DNA of 64,000 bases. Source: an uncultured Spirochaetia bacterium (GTDB lineage: Bacteria; Oederibacteriota; PGYV01). The notes under the pieces were generated by a model, which was not told the origin of the DNA, made no database searches, and saw only the letters and a list, made by a program, of their open reading frames with translations. Positions 48,732-59,398 of this stretch are shown piece by piece (the stretch's first letter is position 1; every line of letters starts with the position of its first letter). The stretch lies in NCBI GenBank assembly GCA_964417645.1, contig CAYQIS010000002.1, positions 66,583 to 130,582 on the forward strand, given 5' to 3'. Both the position numbers and the translations under genes were made by a program.

Positions 48732-49651
48732 TGGTGATATTTAACAGCGTTCTGCCGTCATTTCTTTTAATCGCGCTTGGTTACTGGCTTAAAAGAATTA
48801 ATTTTGCGGATGAACGCGTGCAGGATTTTATGAATAAACTTGCATATAACCTTATACTGCCTTGTATGATATTTGCCAGCATATATAAACTTCCGTTTAA
48901 AGAAGTTTTTGATCTAAAACTGATAGCGGGATTATACAGTGTTTCGATTGTTGTTTATCTGCTTTGCATAATATCCGCCCGTTTTATGGAGCCTTTTAAA
49001 AGAGGGGCTTTTGTAAACTCGGCTTTCCGCACCAATATAGCATATATAGGTTTTCCTATTGTTTACAGCCTTTACGGATCTCACGGTCTGGGAAAGTTAA
49101 GCGTGGTTACGGGTTTTGTGGCGCCTTTTGTAATTACTCTTGCCATACTTTATCTTAAATACGGCGACGGCATAAAGGACGAGCCGGAAAAACCATTTGC
49201 ATTTTTATTTAAGGATCCGCTGATATCGGTTTCAATTATATCGCTTTTAATCAGCTACTTTGAGATACGCATACCTCAGGTTTTGTTTAATACAATTGAC
49301 ATGTTATCAATGATGGGGTCGCCGATGATGCTGATTGCGGTAGGCGCCGGCTTAAGTGTAAGCAAAATTCTGTATGACAGGGTGATAATCTCCTACGCCG
49401 CTTTTATAAAACTTATTTTGCTTCCTGCTTTAAGTTTTGTGATGTTTAAGTATATTTTCAATTTTACAGATGCTGAAAGCCTGGGAATCGGGGTATTAAC
49501 TTACGCGTTCCCGACTGCTTTATCAAGCCATGTTGTTGTCGCGCGGTATAAGAGCGACGCGGAACTGACAGCCGCGGCCATTACGGTTACGACGATATTG
49601 TCGCTGTTTACTATATCAGGGTGGGTATATATACTTACACTGATAAAGTAA
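48731..49651 (+). CDS. AEC-family (auxin efflux carrier / malate permease-like) membrane transporter
   Basis: About 10 TMs; N-terminal 'VLPSFLLIALGY' typical of AEC proteins. Confidence 0.75.
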   Translation: MVIFNSVLPSFLLIALGYWLKRINFADERVQDFMNKLAYNLILPCMIFASIYKLPFKEVFDLKLIAGLYSVSIVVYLLCIISARFMEPFKRGAFVNSAFRTNIAYIGFPIVYSLYGSHGLGKLSVVTGFVAPFVITLAILYLKYGDGIKDEPEKPFAFLFKDPLISVSIISLLISYFEIRIPQVLFNTIDMLSMMGSPMMLIAVGAGLSVSKILYDRVIISYAAFIKLILLPALSFVMFKYIFNFTDAESLGIGVLTYAFPTALSSHVVVARYKSDAELTAAAITVTTILSLFTISGWVYILTLIK

Positions 49652-49729
49652 AACTCACCCGGCAATATTGACTTAGTTCACCACTTATGATACACTTATT
49701 TTAACATTGAATCATAAAGGAGTCTGAAA

Positions 49730-49969
49730 ATGTCCACAAAAAATCCAAGAATAAACGTTATGCTTGAAGAACCTGTTTATATGGCCGTAAGGAAACTGGC
49801 GGAAAAAGAAAACATATCTTTGTCACTCTTGATCAGGGACATGGTTAAGGAACAGATGGAAAAACATGAGGATATTTATCTGGCAGCGATCGCGAATGAA
49901 AGAAAAAAGACCGCGACAAAAAAGAACATGATAAGCGCGGATGCGTTCTGGAAAAAAGTGAATGTATAA
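49730..49969 (+). CDS. Ribbon-helix-helix antitoxin
   Basis: 79 aa; 'RINVMLEEPVYMAVRKLAEKENISLSLLIRDMV' RHH pattern; overlaps the downstream toxin start. Confidence 0.7.
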   Translation: MSTKNPRINVMLEEPVYMAVRKLAEKENISLSLLIRDMVKEQMEKHEDIYLAAIANERKKTATKKNMISADAFWKKVNV

Positions 49970-50234
49970 GATATTATTCCATACTGCTGTGGAAAAAGAC
50001 CTTAAAGTAATAGACGCAAAAAATATCCGGCATATAAAAACAGCAATTGAAAAAAAGCTGTCTGAAAGTCCGGAAGTGTACGGGGAACGCCTGAAACACG
50101 AATTAAAGAATTACTGGAAGTTAAGAGCGGGGGATTACAGGGTGGTGTTCAGTATTACAGGCAGGGAAGTTTGGATATTTGGGATAATTCACAGGCGCGA
50201 GGTTTATGACGCAATAGTGAAAAGGAAAAGGTAA
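49962..50234 (+). CDS. RelE/ParE-family type II toxin
   Basis: 90 aa; 'LKNYWKLRAGDYRVVFSITGREVWIFGIIHRRE' RelE/ParE fold signature. Confidence 0.75.
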   Translation: MYKILFHTAVEKDLKVIDAKNIRHIKTAIEKKLSESPEVYGERLKHELKNYWKLRAGDYRVVFSITGREVWIFGIIHRREVYDAIVKRKR

Positions 50235-50248
50235 TAGTTTAAAAACTT

Positions 50249-50284
50249 TTGACGTGTACATAAAAAATTATATATATATGTACA
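50249..50284 (+). promoter_or_regulatory. Promoter-like TTGACG-N17-ATATAT overlapping the inverted repeat TGTACAT-N16-ATGTACA
   Basis: IR arms 50255-50261 / 50278-50284; candidate operator for the downstream AT-rich module. Confidence 0.35.
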
Positions 50285-50370
50285 TGTTTTATTTACGGTC
50301 ATAATGATGTTGACAGGCGTCCTTGATACACGGTTTAATGATGGGGAAAGAAAAAATCCGGAGGGGATTT

Positions 50371-50457
50371 ATGCGGGAATTAAAGAATGATGGGAGAGGG
50401 GATAATCAACTCTCTGTTAAAAGACCGCCTGATGTTGCCGTTAATTTTAAGAGTTAA
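50371..50457 (+). CDS. Small ORF (28 aa) with strong SD, immediately upstream of the HEPN-like gene
   Basis: 'GGAGGGG' 6 nt before ATG; MRELKNDGRGDNQLSVKRPPDVAVNFKS. Confidence 0.25.
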   Translation: MRELKNDGRGDNQLSVKRPPDVAVNFKS

Positions 50458-50475
50458 TTATAATAGGAGATAAAT

Positions 50476-51030
50476 ATGAATAAAATCATAAGAGCTCTTG
50501 AGGAGCATCATAAAAAAAGAGAACAAAAAAGATTAATACAATTAGAAAAAATAAACAGACTTGATTCCGTAGAAGTTGAAAATATTTACAACACATATCA
50601 ATATTTAAAATATATTATAAAAGATATTGAGCATGATCGCTTTATCTCGTTTTATCTTAAACAAAAGTTAAAAACTTTTAAAATTGAACAAATTAAATAT
50701 AAATTTCAAGTTAAAGCTGAATTGTTTGGTGAAGTTTGGAATATTTATGAAAATGTAGATGGAGTAAAATCTTTTGTTAGATACATTAATAAGCATCATA
50801 ATTTTAGAAATGATTTGGTACACGATTATTTATTGGACGCACATTTAAAAGAAAAAGAACTTAAAAAAAGAGAAGAAGATTTTAAGGGTTGTATTTCTGA
50901 AAAAGAAAAAAAAGAATACGATAAGATTTGGCGGATTCTTTTTTTTCAAAATAATATAAAATGTTTTTCGAAATGCTCCGCAGATATAATAGAATCAGCA
51001 ACAAACAAATATTCAAGTGTGAAGATTTAA
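50476..51030 (+). CDS. AT-rich hypothetical protein with Rx4HxY (HEPN/HepT-like) motif
   Basis: 'NFRNDLVHDY' equals R-x4-H-x-Y; K/N/I-rich, local GC well below flanks; RBS 'AGGAGA'. Confidence 0.5.
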   Translation: MNKIIRALEEHHKKREQKRLIQLEKINRLDSVEVENIYNTYQYLKYIIKDIEHDRFISFYLKQKLKTFKIEQIKYKFQVKAELFGEVWNIYENVDGVKSFVRYINKHHNFRNDLVHDYLLDAHLKEKELKKREEDFKGCISEKEKKEYDKIWRILFFQNNIKCFSKCSADIIESATNKYSSVKI

Positions 51031-51253
51031 TGAAAATTATCTTAAGGTTAAGGGGTAGCATCTGCAATAACCACAATTCAACGTCGTGTTCTGCATATCA
51101 GGTCTGAGAGCTTATAACCTTTAAAAATGCATATGAAAATATAAACAAATCCCTGGAAACTTTCGAAAATATAACCACTCTATATTATATAATAACACCC
51201 CCATTGACACACGTTTCGCTATGTGATATTTTAAACAAAAAGGAGTTTAAAGC

Positions 51254-52741
51254 ATGATTCGTAAAGTATTATCCAAAACTTCCAAAATCCAAAAAGAAGC
51301 GCTTACATTTGATGACGTTTTGTTGATACCAGCGAGGGCTAATTTTATACCCAAGGAAGCGGATACAAAAACACGTTTTTCAAAGAATATACAGCTTAAT
51401 ATTCCGCTGGTTTCTGCTGCCATGGATTCGGTCACAGAAAGCAGGCTGGCGATTGCGATAGCTCAGGAAGGCGGAATAGGAGTTATACATAAAAACCTTA
51501 CAATTGCCGAGCAGGCACGTGAAGTTGATAAAGTGAAACGTTCCGAATCAGGCATGATAAAAGAGCCATACACACTTTCTCCTGATCAGACGGTAACAGA
51601 CGCTGTTGCCGCGATGAGTATGTATAATATTTCAGGGTTTCCTGTATGTGAAGGAAAAAAACTTGTCGGAATACTTACGAACAGGGATTTAAGATTTGTG
51701 AAAAACAAGAAACAAAAAGTTTCTGAACTGATGACGCCCAAAGAAAAATTAATAACTGCAAGCCATGAAATTTCACTTGAAGCCGCAAAAGAACTTCTTC
51801 ACAAAAACAGGATTGAAAAACTTCCGGTTGTTAACAAAAATTTTGAGCTTAAAGGTCTTATTACAATTAAAGACATAGAAAAAAAACTTAAATATCCGAA
51901 TGCCGCCAAGGATAAATTTGGAAGGCTCAGGGTTGCGGCCGCCGTAGGACCGTCTCACGATTTAATGGAAAGGGCGGAGGCTTTGGTTAAAGCCGGAGTT
52001 GATGCTCTTGTTGTTGACACGGCCCACGGGCATACTGACGCGGTTATTAACGCTTCCCGTGACTTAAAGAAAAAATTTCCGACAATTGACATTATTGCGG
52101 GGAATATTGCAACCGAAGAAGCAATACGCGATATAGCAAAAGAAGCCAATGTTGACGGAATAAAAGTGGGAATGGGTCCGGGTTCAATATGTACAACACG
52201 TGTTGTTGCGGGAATAGGAGTTCCCCAGATAACGGCAATAATGGAAGTTGCATCGTATGCCAAAAGACACAATATACCGGTGATTGCCGACGGAGGAATA
52301 AAATATTCAGGCGATATAACAAAAGCAATAGCGGCGGGAGCCGATTCGGTTATGATAGGCGGTCTGTTCGCGGGAACCGAGGAAAGCCCGGGAAAAACCA
52401 TATTGCTTGAAGGCAGAAGCTTTAAGGAGCATCGCGGAATGGGTTCGCTTGCGGCAATGAAAAAACGCGGAGGAAGAGAGCGTTATTTTCAATGGGAAGA
52501 AGATGAAGAGAAGCTTGTTCCGGAAGGAATAGAAGGCAGGGTTCCTTACAGAGGGCCTTTGTCTTCAACGGTTCATCAGTTAATCGGCGGTTTAAAAGCC
52601 GGCATGGGATACTGCGGAGTTAAAAACATAAAAGATCTCCAGGAAAAAACAAAATTTATAAAGATAACACAGGCAAGCTTGAAAGAAAGCCATCCTCATG
52701 ACATAACAATAACAAATGAAGCGCCCAATTATCACATATAA
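51254..52741 (+). CDS. guaB: IMP dehydrogenase
   Basis: 'FDDVLLIPA', CBS pair, '[15 protein letters not shown]' catalytic loop. Confidence 0.95.
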   Translation: MIRKVLSKTSKIQKEALTFDDVLLIPARANFIPKEADTKTRFSKNIQLNIPLVSAAMDSVTESRLAIAIAQEGGIGVIHKNLTIAEQAREVDKVKRSESGMIKEPYTLSPDQTVTDAVAAMSMYNISGFPVCEGKKLVGILTNRDLRFVKNKKQKVSELMTPKEKLITASHEISLEAAKELLHKNRIEKLPVVNKNFELKGLITIKDIEKKLKYPNAAKDKFGRLRVAAAVGPSHDLMERAEALVKAGVDALVVDTAHGHTDAVINASRDLKKKFPTIDIIAGNIATEEAIRDIAKEANVDGIKVGMGPGSICTTRVVAGIGVPQITAIMEVASYAKRHNIPVIADGGIKYSGDITKAIAAGADSVMIGGLFAGTEESPGKTILLEGRSFKEHRGMGSLAAMKKRGGRERYFQWEEDEEKLVPEGIEGRVPYRGPLSSTVHQLIGGLKAGMGYCGVKNIKDLQEKTKFIKITQASLKESHPHDITITNEAPNYHI

Positions 52742-52756
52742 AAGGATAAAATTTAC

Positions 52757-54286
52757 ATGCAAAACGACATGATATTAGTGCTTGATTTTGGATCTCAATA
52801 TACACAGCTAATTGCAAGACGGGTCAGGGAATTGAATGTATATTCGGAAGTTCATCCGTTTTCGATGAAAATTGAGGAAATAAAAAAAATTCAGCCCAAA
52901 GGCATAATACTGTCAGGAAGCCCTTCTTCGATATATGAAAAAAATGCCCCTCTGCCGGCAAAGGAAATATTTGATCTTGGGGTGCCTGTTTTGGGAATTT
53001 GTTATGGAATGCAGGTGGTATCGGAATTTTTTGGGGGAAATGTGGCGGGGGCAAAACAAAGGGAATACGGCTTTGCAGAATTGACGGCAAAAAAGAGTTC
53101 TTTGTTTTCGGGGTTGAAGCCGAAAGAAACTGTATGGATGAGCCACGGCGATAAAATAACAAAAATGCCGGCAGATTTTGAGGTTATAGGTCATACGGCA
53201 AATTCAAAATATGCGGCAATTAAGCATAAAACAAGAAAGATATTTGCAGTTCAGTTTCATCCCGAGGTTGTGCATACAAAAAACGGAAAAAAGATACTTA
53301 ATAACTTTGTCAAAATATGCGGCGCAAAGCCTGATTGGACGCCCGAGTCATATATAAAAACTGCAGTTGCCGAAATTCGGGCGCAGGCCGGAAAAAGCCG
53401 GGTTATATGCGGGGTATCAGGAGGGGTTGATTCAACTGTTGCGGCAGTTTTGATAAACAAAGCAATAGGAAAGCAGCTGACATCAGTTTTTGTAAACAAC
53501 GGTCTTTTAAGACTTAACGAACACAAACGGGTTCTTGAAATGTTCAGGCGTTTTGGCTTGAAAGTAAGATATGTTAATGCCGAAAAAGGATTCTTAAGCA
53601 GACTTGCAAATGTAACCGATCCGGAGAAAAAAAGAAAGATTATCGGAAATTATTTTGTGGAAGTTTTTGAAACAGAAGCAGCCAAACTTGGCCGTTTTGA
53701 TTTCCTGGCTCAAGGGACATTGTATCCGGATTTGATTGAAAGCGTGTCGGTTAAGGGTCCGTCTGTTACCATAAAGTCGCATCATAATGTGGGCGGGCTT
53801 CCGGAAAAAATGAAAATGAAACTCATAGAGCCGTTAAAATTCCTTTTTAAAGATGAGGTGCGCGATATAGGAAGAAAGTTGGGCATACCCGAAGATGTTT
53901 TGATGCGTCAGCCGTTTCCGGGGCCGGGTCTTGCTGTAAGGGTGTTGTCCGACATAACAAAAGACAAACTTGATATATTAAGGCTTGCCGATGATATAAT
54001 AGTAAGTGAAATAAAAAAGGCGGGGCTTTATCATGAAATATGGCAGAGTTTTGGCGTGCTGTTGCCGGTAAAAACCGTGGGTGTAATGGGAGACAACAGG
54101 ACTTATGAAAATGTACTGGCTGTACGTGCGGTAAACAGCAAAGACGGAATGACCGCCGAATGGGTAAAGCTGCCTTATGAACTTTTAAATACAATAAGTT
54201 CAAGAATAATAAATGAAGTTAAGGGAATAAACAGGGTGGTTTATGACATAAGCAACAAGCCGCCCGCAACAATAGAATGGGAGTAA
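52757..54286 (+). CDS. guaA: GMP synthase (glutamine-hydrolysing)
   Basis: GATase 'GICYGMQ', PP-loop 'SGGVDSTV', C-terminal '...IEWE'. Confidence 0.95.
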   Translation: MQNDMILVLDFGSQYTQLIARRVRELNVYSEVHPFSMKIEEIKKIQPKGIILSGSPSSIYEKNAPLPAKEIFDLGVPVLGICYGMQVVSEFFGGNVAGAKQREYGFAELTAKKSSLFSGLKPKETVWMSHGDKITKMPADFEVIGHTANSKYAAIKHKTRKIFAVQFHPEVVHTKNGKKILNNFVKICGAKPDWTPESYIKTAVAEIRAQAGKSRVICGVSGGVDSTVAAVLINKAIGKQLTSVFVNNGLLRLNEHKRVLEMFRRFGLKVRYVNAEKGFLSRLANVTDPEKKRKIIGNYFVEVFETEAAKLGRFDFLAQGTLYPDLIESVSVKGPSVTIKSHHNVGGLPEKMKMKLIEPLKFLFKDEVRDIGRKLGIPEDVLMRQPFPGPGLAVRVLSDITKDKLDILRLADDIIVSEIKKAGLYHEIWQSFGVLLPVKTVGVMGDNRTYENVLAVRAVNSKDGMTAEWVKLPYELLNTISSRIINEVKGINRVVYDISNKPPATIEWE

Positions 54287-54295
54287 TATGATTTT

Positions 54296-56323
54296 ATGAT
54301 TTCATTCGGAAGGCACATATGCAATGATTTTAATGTTGCCATAGAGAAAGAATGGATACTGGCGAACCGCAAGGGTTCTTATGCGTGTTCAACCATTCTT
54401 ATGACAAACACAAGGAAACATCACGGGTTGCTTGTGGCAAAACTTCCCGGTGTTGACAGCAGGGTTGTTGTTTTTCCAAACACAGACGAAGAAATTGAAA
54501 CCGCCGGCCATATTTATCACATTTCAACGCACAAGTACAAGAAAACGGTTTATCCAAAGGGATATTCTTTGCTTGAAAATATAAGGGTAAAAGATGATGT
54601 GGTGACGTTTCTTTATCTTATTGACAATATAAGGCTTAAAAAGGATATATATCTTTTAAAAGATAAAAATGCAACAATTGTGACATATACAATACTTACT
54701 CCTGAATCACATGCCAAGCTTCACATAAGGCCTTTAATAGCATTTCGCGAAACAGATCAGCTTGTAAGAGAAATGCCCATATTTGATCCCGCAATCGAGA
54801 AAGCCGGCGACGGCAATTCGGTTACAATACGCGCATATATGAATATGCCGCCGGCATTTATCAGCCTGCCTGAAGGCGGTGAAATAAAACTTGAAGGCGT
54901 GTGGTATCGTGATTTCAGCTATATGAAAGAAGAAGCTTCCGGAAATGAGGGAACCGAGGATCTGTATAATCTGGGTTTGTTTACGCTGGATCTTGAATTC
55001 AATGCTCCTAAATCCATAATTTATGCAACCGATGATATAAGGCATATGACAATGCAGGAAATAAAAGAAAAATTTTTGCTTGATGTTGCACGTGTTCATA
55101 ATATATGTTCGGAAACCGGAGCATGCATAAAAGATGATGATTACAGAACTTCTGTGCAGCAGCTTATATCCGCTTCCGAAAGTTTTATAATAAATGATGA
55201 AAAGGGCACTCCTTTTATACTTGCCGGACTTCCTTGGCCTCATTATATATGGTTTAGGGACATGTTTGCGTCTGTGCCGGGAATTTTTCTTGTGCTGAAA
55301 AAATTTGATGAAGCAAGAAAACTTCTTGTTGAAGCCTTAAATTTTGAAAAAAACGGGCTTCTTCCCCTTAATATGACCATGGATAAAAATGATGTAAAAT
55401 ATGCATCGGTTGACACCACATTATGGTTTTTTTACGCTTTGTACAAGTATCTGCTTTCTTCGGGTGATATCGAGTTGATATCTGCCGGTTCGGAGTTTTA
55501 TGCGAGGATAAGCCATATAATAGAAAGGCATATAAACGGGACGGATTACAATATACATATGGATACTGACGGTCTGCTTTATGCGGGTTTTCCGGGCATG
55601 CAGCTGACCTGGATGGATACAAAAGTAAACGGCCAGCCTGTTGTTTCAAGGCAGGGAAAACCGGTTGAGGTTAATGCTCTTTGGTATAACGCAATTCGCA
55701 CAATGGAAGTTATATGCGCGAAAAACGGCGAAAAGGAAAAAAGAGCCCAATACAGGGAGCTGGCGGAAAAAATATTTAAAAGTTTCAACGAACAATTTTG
55801 GAATGAAGAAGCGGGATGCCTTTATGATTATATAGATTCAGGATATAAAGACGAAAGCGTAAGGCCAAATCAGGTGCTTGCAATTTCGCTGCCATTTCCT
55901 TTGATAGAAGGAAGGGAAAAAACCGAAAAAATAATGAACACAGTAATTAAGGAACTTTATACCAGTTTTGGCTTAAGAAGCTTAAGCAATATGAATGTGC
56001 AGTTTAAATCCCGTTATGACGGCGATCAGGCAAGCAGGGACGCCGCAGCTCACCAGGGAACAGTATGGGCCTGGACCGCAGGTCATTTTGTAACGGCTTA
56101 TCTTAAGGCTTACGGAAGCGGAAAAGACAGCATAAGCTTTATCGAAACTGTTTATGAGCCTTTCTTTGAGCATTTAAAGACAGCAGGTTTAAGCACAATA
56201 TCGGAAGTGTTTGACGGAAATTTCCCTTATACCGCAAGGGGCAGAATATCTCATGCATGGGCTGTTGCGGAACTTTTAAGGTCATATTTTGAGGATTTTA
56301 TAAACGCACAAAAAAATGGCTGA
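54296..56323 (+). CDS. Amylo-alpha-1,6-glucosidase / glycogen-debranching-enzyme-like protein (GDE N- and C-domains)
   Basis: N-terminal 'EWILANRKGSYACSTILMTNTRKHHGLL' GDE_N pattern; C-terminal (alpha/alpha)6-barrel-like region. Confidence 0.6.
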   Translation: MISFGRHICNDFNVAIEKEWILANRKGSYACSTILMTNTRKHHGLLVAKLPGVDSRVVVFPNTDEEIETAGHIYHISTHKYKKTVYPKGYSLLENIRVKDDVVTFLYLIDNIRLKKDIYLLKDKNATIVTYTILTPESHAKLHIRPLIAFRETDQLVREMPIFDPAIEKAGDGNSVTIRAYMNMPPAFISLPEGGEIKLEGVWYRDFSYMKEEASGNEGTEDLYNLGLFTLDLEFNAPKSIIYATDDIRHMTMQEIKEKFLLDVARVHNICSETGACIKDDDYRTSVQQLISASESFIINDEKGTPFILAGLPWPHYIWFRDMFASVPGIFLVLKKFDEARKLLVEALNFEKNGLLPLNMTMDKNDVKYASVDTTLWFFYALYKYLLSSGDIELISAGSEFYARISHIIERHINGTDYNIHMDTDGLLYAGFPGMQLTWMDTKVNGQPVVSRQGKPVEVNALWYNAIRTMEVICAKNGEKEKRAQYRELAEKIFKSFNEQFWNEEAGCLYDYIDSGYKDESVRPNQVLAISLPFPLIEGREKTEKIMNTVIKELYTSFGLRSLSNMNVQFKSRYDGDQASRDAAAHQGTVWAWTAGHFVTAYLKAYGSGKDSISFIETVYEPFFEHLKTAGLSTISEVFDGNFPYTARGRISHAWAVAELLRSYFEDFINAQKNG

Positions 56324-56810
56324 AATAATTCTCCTTACGGCAAGCCCAAAAAGGATGAGCATTTCAAAAAGCGCGGCGCTTTCTTTTTTGTCTTATGAAT
56401 ATCCGGGAAAATCCGTAAAGGAAATAAATGTCAATTCGCTTGATATAACACCGTGTTCCGCCTGCGAAGGATGTGTTAAAACCTACAGATGCATAAATAA
56501 AGACGGCACTGATCAGATATTGGAAAAAATTACGGAAGCAAAAACGGTTATTGCGGCAAGTCCGGTTTATTTTACCGGCGTTCCGGCTCCTTTTAAGCTT
56601 CTTATAGACAGGGCGCAGCCCGCTTATTACAAATATGAAGCCGGATTAAAATCAAAAAAAAAGGCACGGGGTATAATTGTGCTTTCAATGGGAGGAAATA
56701 AAAAAAAGAATATGAAACCGGCGCTTGCCGAAATAAAATCTTTTTTTAAAGTTTTGGGAATAAATTGTGATACCGTTATTACGGTATCAAACACTGATGC
56801 GAAGAAATAA
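56316..56810 (+). CDS. Flavodoxin-like / NADPH-dependent FMN reductase family protein with CxxCxxC
   Basis: 'IILLTASPKR', 'AASPVYFTGVPA', 'CSACEGC'. Confidence 0.55.
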   Translation: MAEIILLTASPKRMSISKSAALSFLSYEYPGKSVKEINVNSLDITPCSACEGCVKTYRCINKDGTDQILEKITEAKTVIAASPVYFTGVPAPFKLLIDRAQPAYYKYEAGLKSKKKARGIIVLSMGGNKKKNMKPALAEIKSFFKVLGINCDTVITVSNTDAKK

Positions 56811-56812
56811 AA

Positions 56813-57699
56813 TGGTCGATGCGTTAATTCTTAATGATTCGGTTCAAAGGTATCTGGACCATCTTGTTTTTGAAAAAGGCCTTTCACAGAAGACGGCTGC
56901 GGCTTATGAATCGGACATAAAATCATTTGTGGATTTCTGCAAGGATAAAGGAGAAATAACGGAAGACACTGTGGTTGATTATATTTTTTTTCTTAAAAAT
57001 AAAAATTATTCGGCTCTTTCAATTGCAAGAATGATTACGGGCATAAAAACTTTTTTTCATTTTTTGGTGCGGGAGAAAATTGCCGTTAAAAGTCCTTTTG
57101 ACGGAATGGAAAGTTTTAAAACACATAAAAAAATACCGGAAGCCCTTACTGAAAAGGATATACAAATGCTTCTTGAAGCTCCTGATATTTCAACCAAAGA
57201 AGGTTTAAGGGACAAGGCGATGCTTGAACTTTTATATTCTTCGGGAGTGCGGGTAAGCGAACTTGTAAATATGGAGCTTACGGATATAAATCCTGACGAA
57301 GGTTTTATACGCTGTTTTGGGAAAGGCGGCAAGGAAAGAATTGTACCTGCGGGGGAATATGCGGCTTTTTATCTTAAAAATTATCTTAAAGTAAGAGAGC
57401 ATTTTTTAAAAAAAGATTTTTCGCCCGTGCTTTTTTTAAGCAAGCTTGGAAAAAAGTTCACCCGAGAGGGTGTATGGAAACTTGTAAAAAAATATGCGAA
57501 TAAAGCGGGAATAAAAAAAGATGTATATCCGCATATTTTCAGGCATACTTTTGCAACCCATCTGCTTTCCGGGGGAGCTGATTTAAGAAGTGTTCAGGAA
57601 ATGCTGGGACATTCTGATATAGCCACAACACAGATATATACACATGTTGATAAAAGCAGACTTAAGAATACGCATAAAAATTTTCATCCAAGAGGATAA
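56813..57699 (+). CDS. xerD: Tyrosine recombinase XerC/XerD family
   Basis: R..H..R..Y catalytic residues: 'HIFRHTFATHLL', 'LGHSDIATTQIYTHV'. The ORF is open from 56767. Confidence 0.8.
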
Positions 57700-57701
57700 A
57701 T

Positions 57702-58223
57702 ATGCGGGAAAATGAGAAACCAACCTTTTATGCCAAAGTAAGCGCGGCTGCAATGATTTTGCTTCTGGCAATGGCGATTTTTGGGGTAAGTGTAAAATTT
57801 TATATAAACATGCCGCAAACAGTTTCGTTTAACGCAAAAGTTATAAATGTTATCGACGGCGACACATTGATTTTGGATGGTTTTGGAAAATCTGTAAGGC
57901 TCCTTGGCATTGACACTCCCGAACTGCATCATCCTGACACGCCAATACAGCGCGGGGCAAAGGAAGCAAGGGATTATCTTGCAAAACGTGTGCTGGGCAA
58001 AGAGGTTAAAATAACTTATATTAAGGGAAATGCAAGGGATAAATACGGAAGATTGCTTGCTTTGGTTGAAGAAAACGGAAGTTCTGTAAATGAAGAACTG
58101 GTTGCGAAAGGTTATGCATTTGCTTATGAAGGTTCGGATTTGAACAAGGAATTAAGCGATAAATTTTTGAGACTTGAAGCTGAGGCCAAAAAAAAGCGTA
58201 TGGGTGTATGGGCATATGAGTAA
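57702..58223 (+). CDS. Thermonuclease (SNase-like) family protein
   Basis: 'VIDGDTL', 'RLLGIDTPE', 'YGRLLA' SNase motifs; N-terminal TM/signal. Confidence 0.8.
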   Translation: MRENEKPTFYAKVSAAAMILLLAMAIFGVSVKFYINMPQTVSFNAKVINVIDGDTLILDGFGKSVRLLGIDTPELHHPDTPIQRGAKEARDYLAKRVLGKEVKITYIKGNARDKYGRLLALVEENGSSVNEELVAKGYAFAYEGSDLNKELSDKFLRLEAEAKKKRMGVWAYE

Positions 58224-58698
58224 AATTGAATTGATAAAAAGAATTGCTTTTTGTTTTGCGTGGATAATTATTATATCGGCCTGTTTTCCTGTTCTTGTAA
58301 TATCGCCTTTAAAGGAATTATCGCTGAAAAAACCCGCGATTTCCTCTTTTGTTGCTGAAAAAAGCAAAGAAGAATATGCAAAATCTGAAACCGAGAGACA
58401 AAAAATAATAATAAAACATCAGGATGCGGGGGAATATGAAGGCAAGTATGTTTCGTCCGCCGGCTTAATTGTCAGCGCAAAAGATACGGGCAGGGTCACT
58501 TTTTTAAATTTTGAAAAGGATTATAAAAAGGGATTGGTTCTTGTAATATTTGCAAAAGATTACAAACGTTTCAGGGAAAAACCTTTGACAATGTATAAAG
58601 GGAAATATGTTGAATTTGAAGGAAGGGTAAAAATCTATAAAGGCAGACCTGAGATAATAATAAAAAGCTCGGACCAAATAAAAATAATTAAGAATTGA
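58216..58698 (+). CDS. Hypothetical membrane-anchored protein with OB-fold-like C-terminus
   Basis: ATG 58216 overlaps the nuclease stop; TM 'IAFCFAWIIIISACFPVLVI'. The ORF is open from 58174. Confidence 0.5.
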   Translation: MSKIELIKRIAFCFAWIIIISACFPVLVISPLKELSLKKPAISSFVAEKSKEEYAKSETERQKIIIKHQDAGEYEGKYVSSAGLIVSAKDTGRVTFLNFEKDYKKGLVLVIFAKDYKRFREKPLTMYKGKYVEFEGRVKIYKGRPEIIIKSSDQIKIIKN

Positions 58699-58839
58699 TG
58701 CCAAAAATTTTTTAGAATTTGGTATTTGCCGCCGAAAATTTGACACCTGGAAGCTTTTTTTTTGTTTATTTATAAGCTTTTTTTTTGGCACATATATTGC
58801 TTTATATTATTCGCAATTAAATAAAAAGGAGGTGAAAAA

Positions 58840-59340
58840 ATGAAAAGAATTATGATGCTGGCAGGAATTGTTTTGGTTTTATTTGGCATTGGTTATGCAC
58901 AGGAAGAGCTGATGTATCAGGAACAGGTTCAGGAAGAGCTAATGTATCAAGAGCAGGCAAGGGAAGAGGCGGGTAATAAGTGGCAAAATATGACAGAGAG
59001 CCAAAAGCAGGAAATGGCAAATAAAGCAAATGAAAAATGGATGTCGCTTACACCCGAACAAAGAGAGAAATTAAGGGAAAAAGCAAGAAACAGATGGGAA
59101 GCACTGTCGGAAGATCAAAAGCAGGCGAGGCTGGAAAAAGCAAAACAAAAATGGGCTTCCATGTCTGAAGAGCAGAAAAAAGCAATGAAAGAAAGAATAA
59201 GAGAAAGATGGCAGAATAACTCTAAAGAAGAAAAACAGGCAATAAAGGAAAGAGCAAAAGAACGTTGTCAGAACGCATCTGAAGACAGAAAAGCAAAAGT
59301 AAGGGAAAATATGAAAAACAGGATACAGAAAAAAAAGTAA
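58840..59340 (+). CDS. Periplasmic repeat protein with LTXXQ-like motifs (CpxP/Spy-like), containing a tandem 30-nt duplication
   Basis: Signal peptide; repeats 'W..MSEEQK.A.KER..ERW'; 'QEELMYQEQ' duplicated. Confidence 0.55.
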   Translation: MKRIMMLAGIVLVLFGIGYAQEELMYQEQVQEELMYQEQAREEAGNKWQNMTESQKQEMANKANEKWMSLTPEQREKLREKARNRWEALSEDQKQARLEKAKQKWASMSEEQKKAMKERIRERWQNNSKEEKQAIKERAKERCQNASEDRKAKVRENMKNRIQKKK

Positions 59341-59350
59341 TTTAAAATTT

Positions 59351-59385
59351 TCCGGGGCCGGATTTTAAGGCCCCGGAAATATTTT
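59351..59385 (+). terminator. Terminator-like hairpin
   Basis: TCCGGGGCC / GGCCCCGGA stem with 9-nt loop, followed by an AT-rich stretch. Confidence 0.45.
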
Positions 59386-59398
59386 CCCCGGAGTTAAC

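Noticed and set aside
56767-56812. Longer XerD start at 56767
   Set aside because: Would overlap the flavoprotein gene by 44 nt. The XerC/D N-terminus typically begins near the conserved core-binding domain, consistent with ATG 56813.
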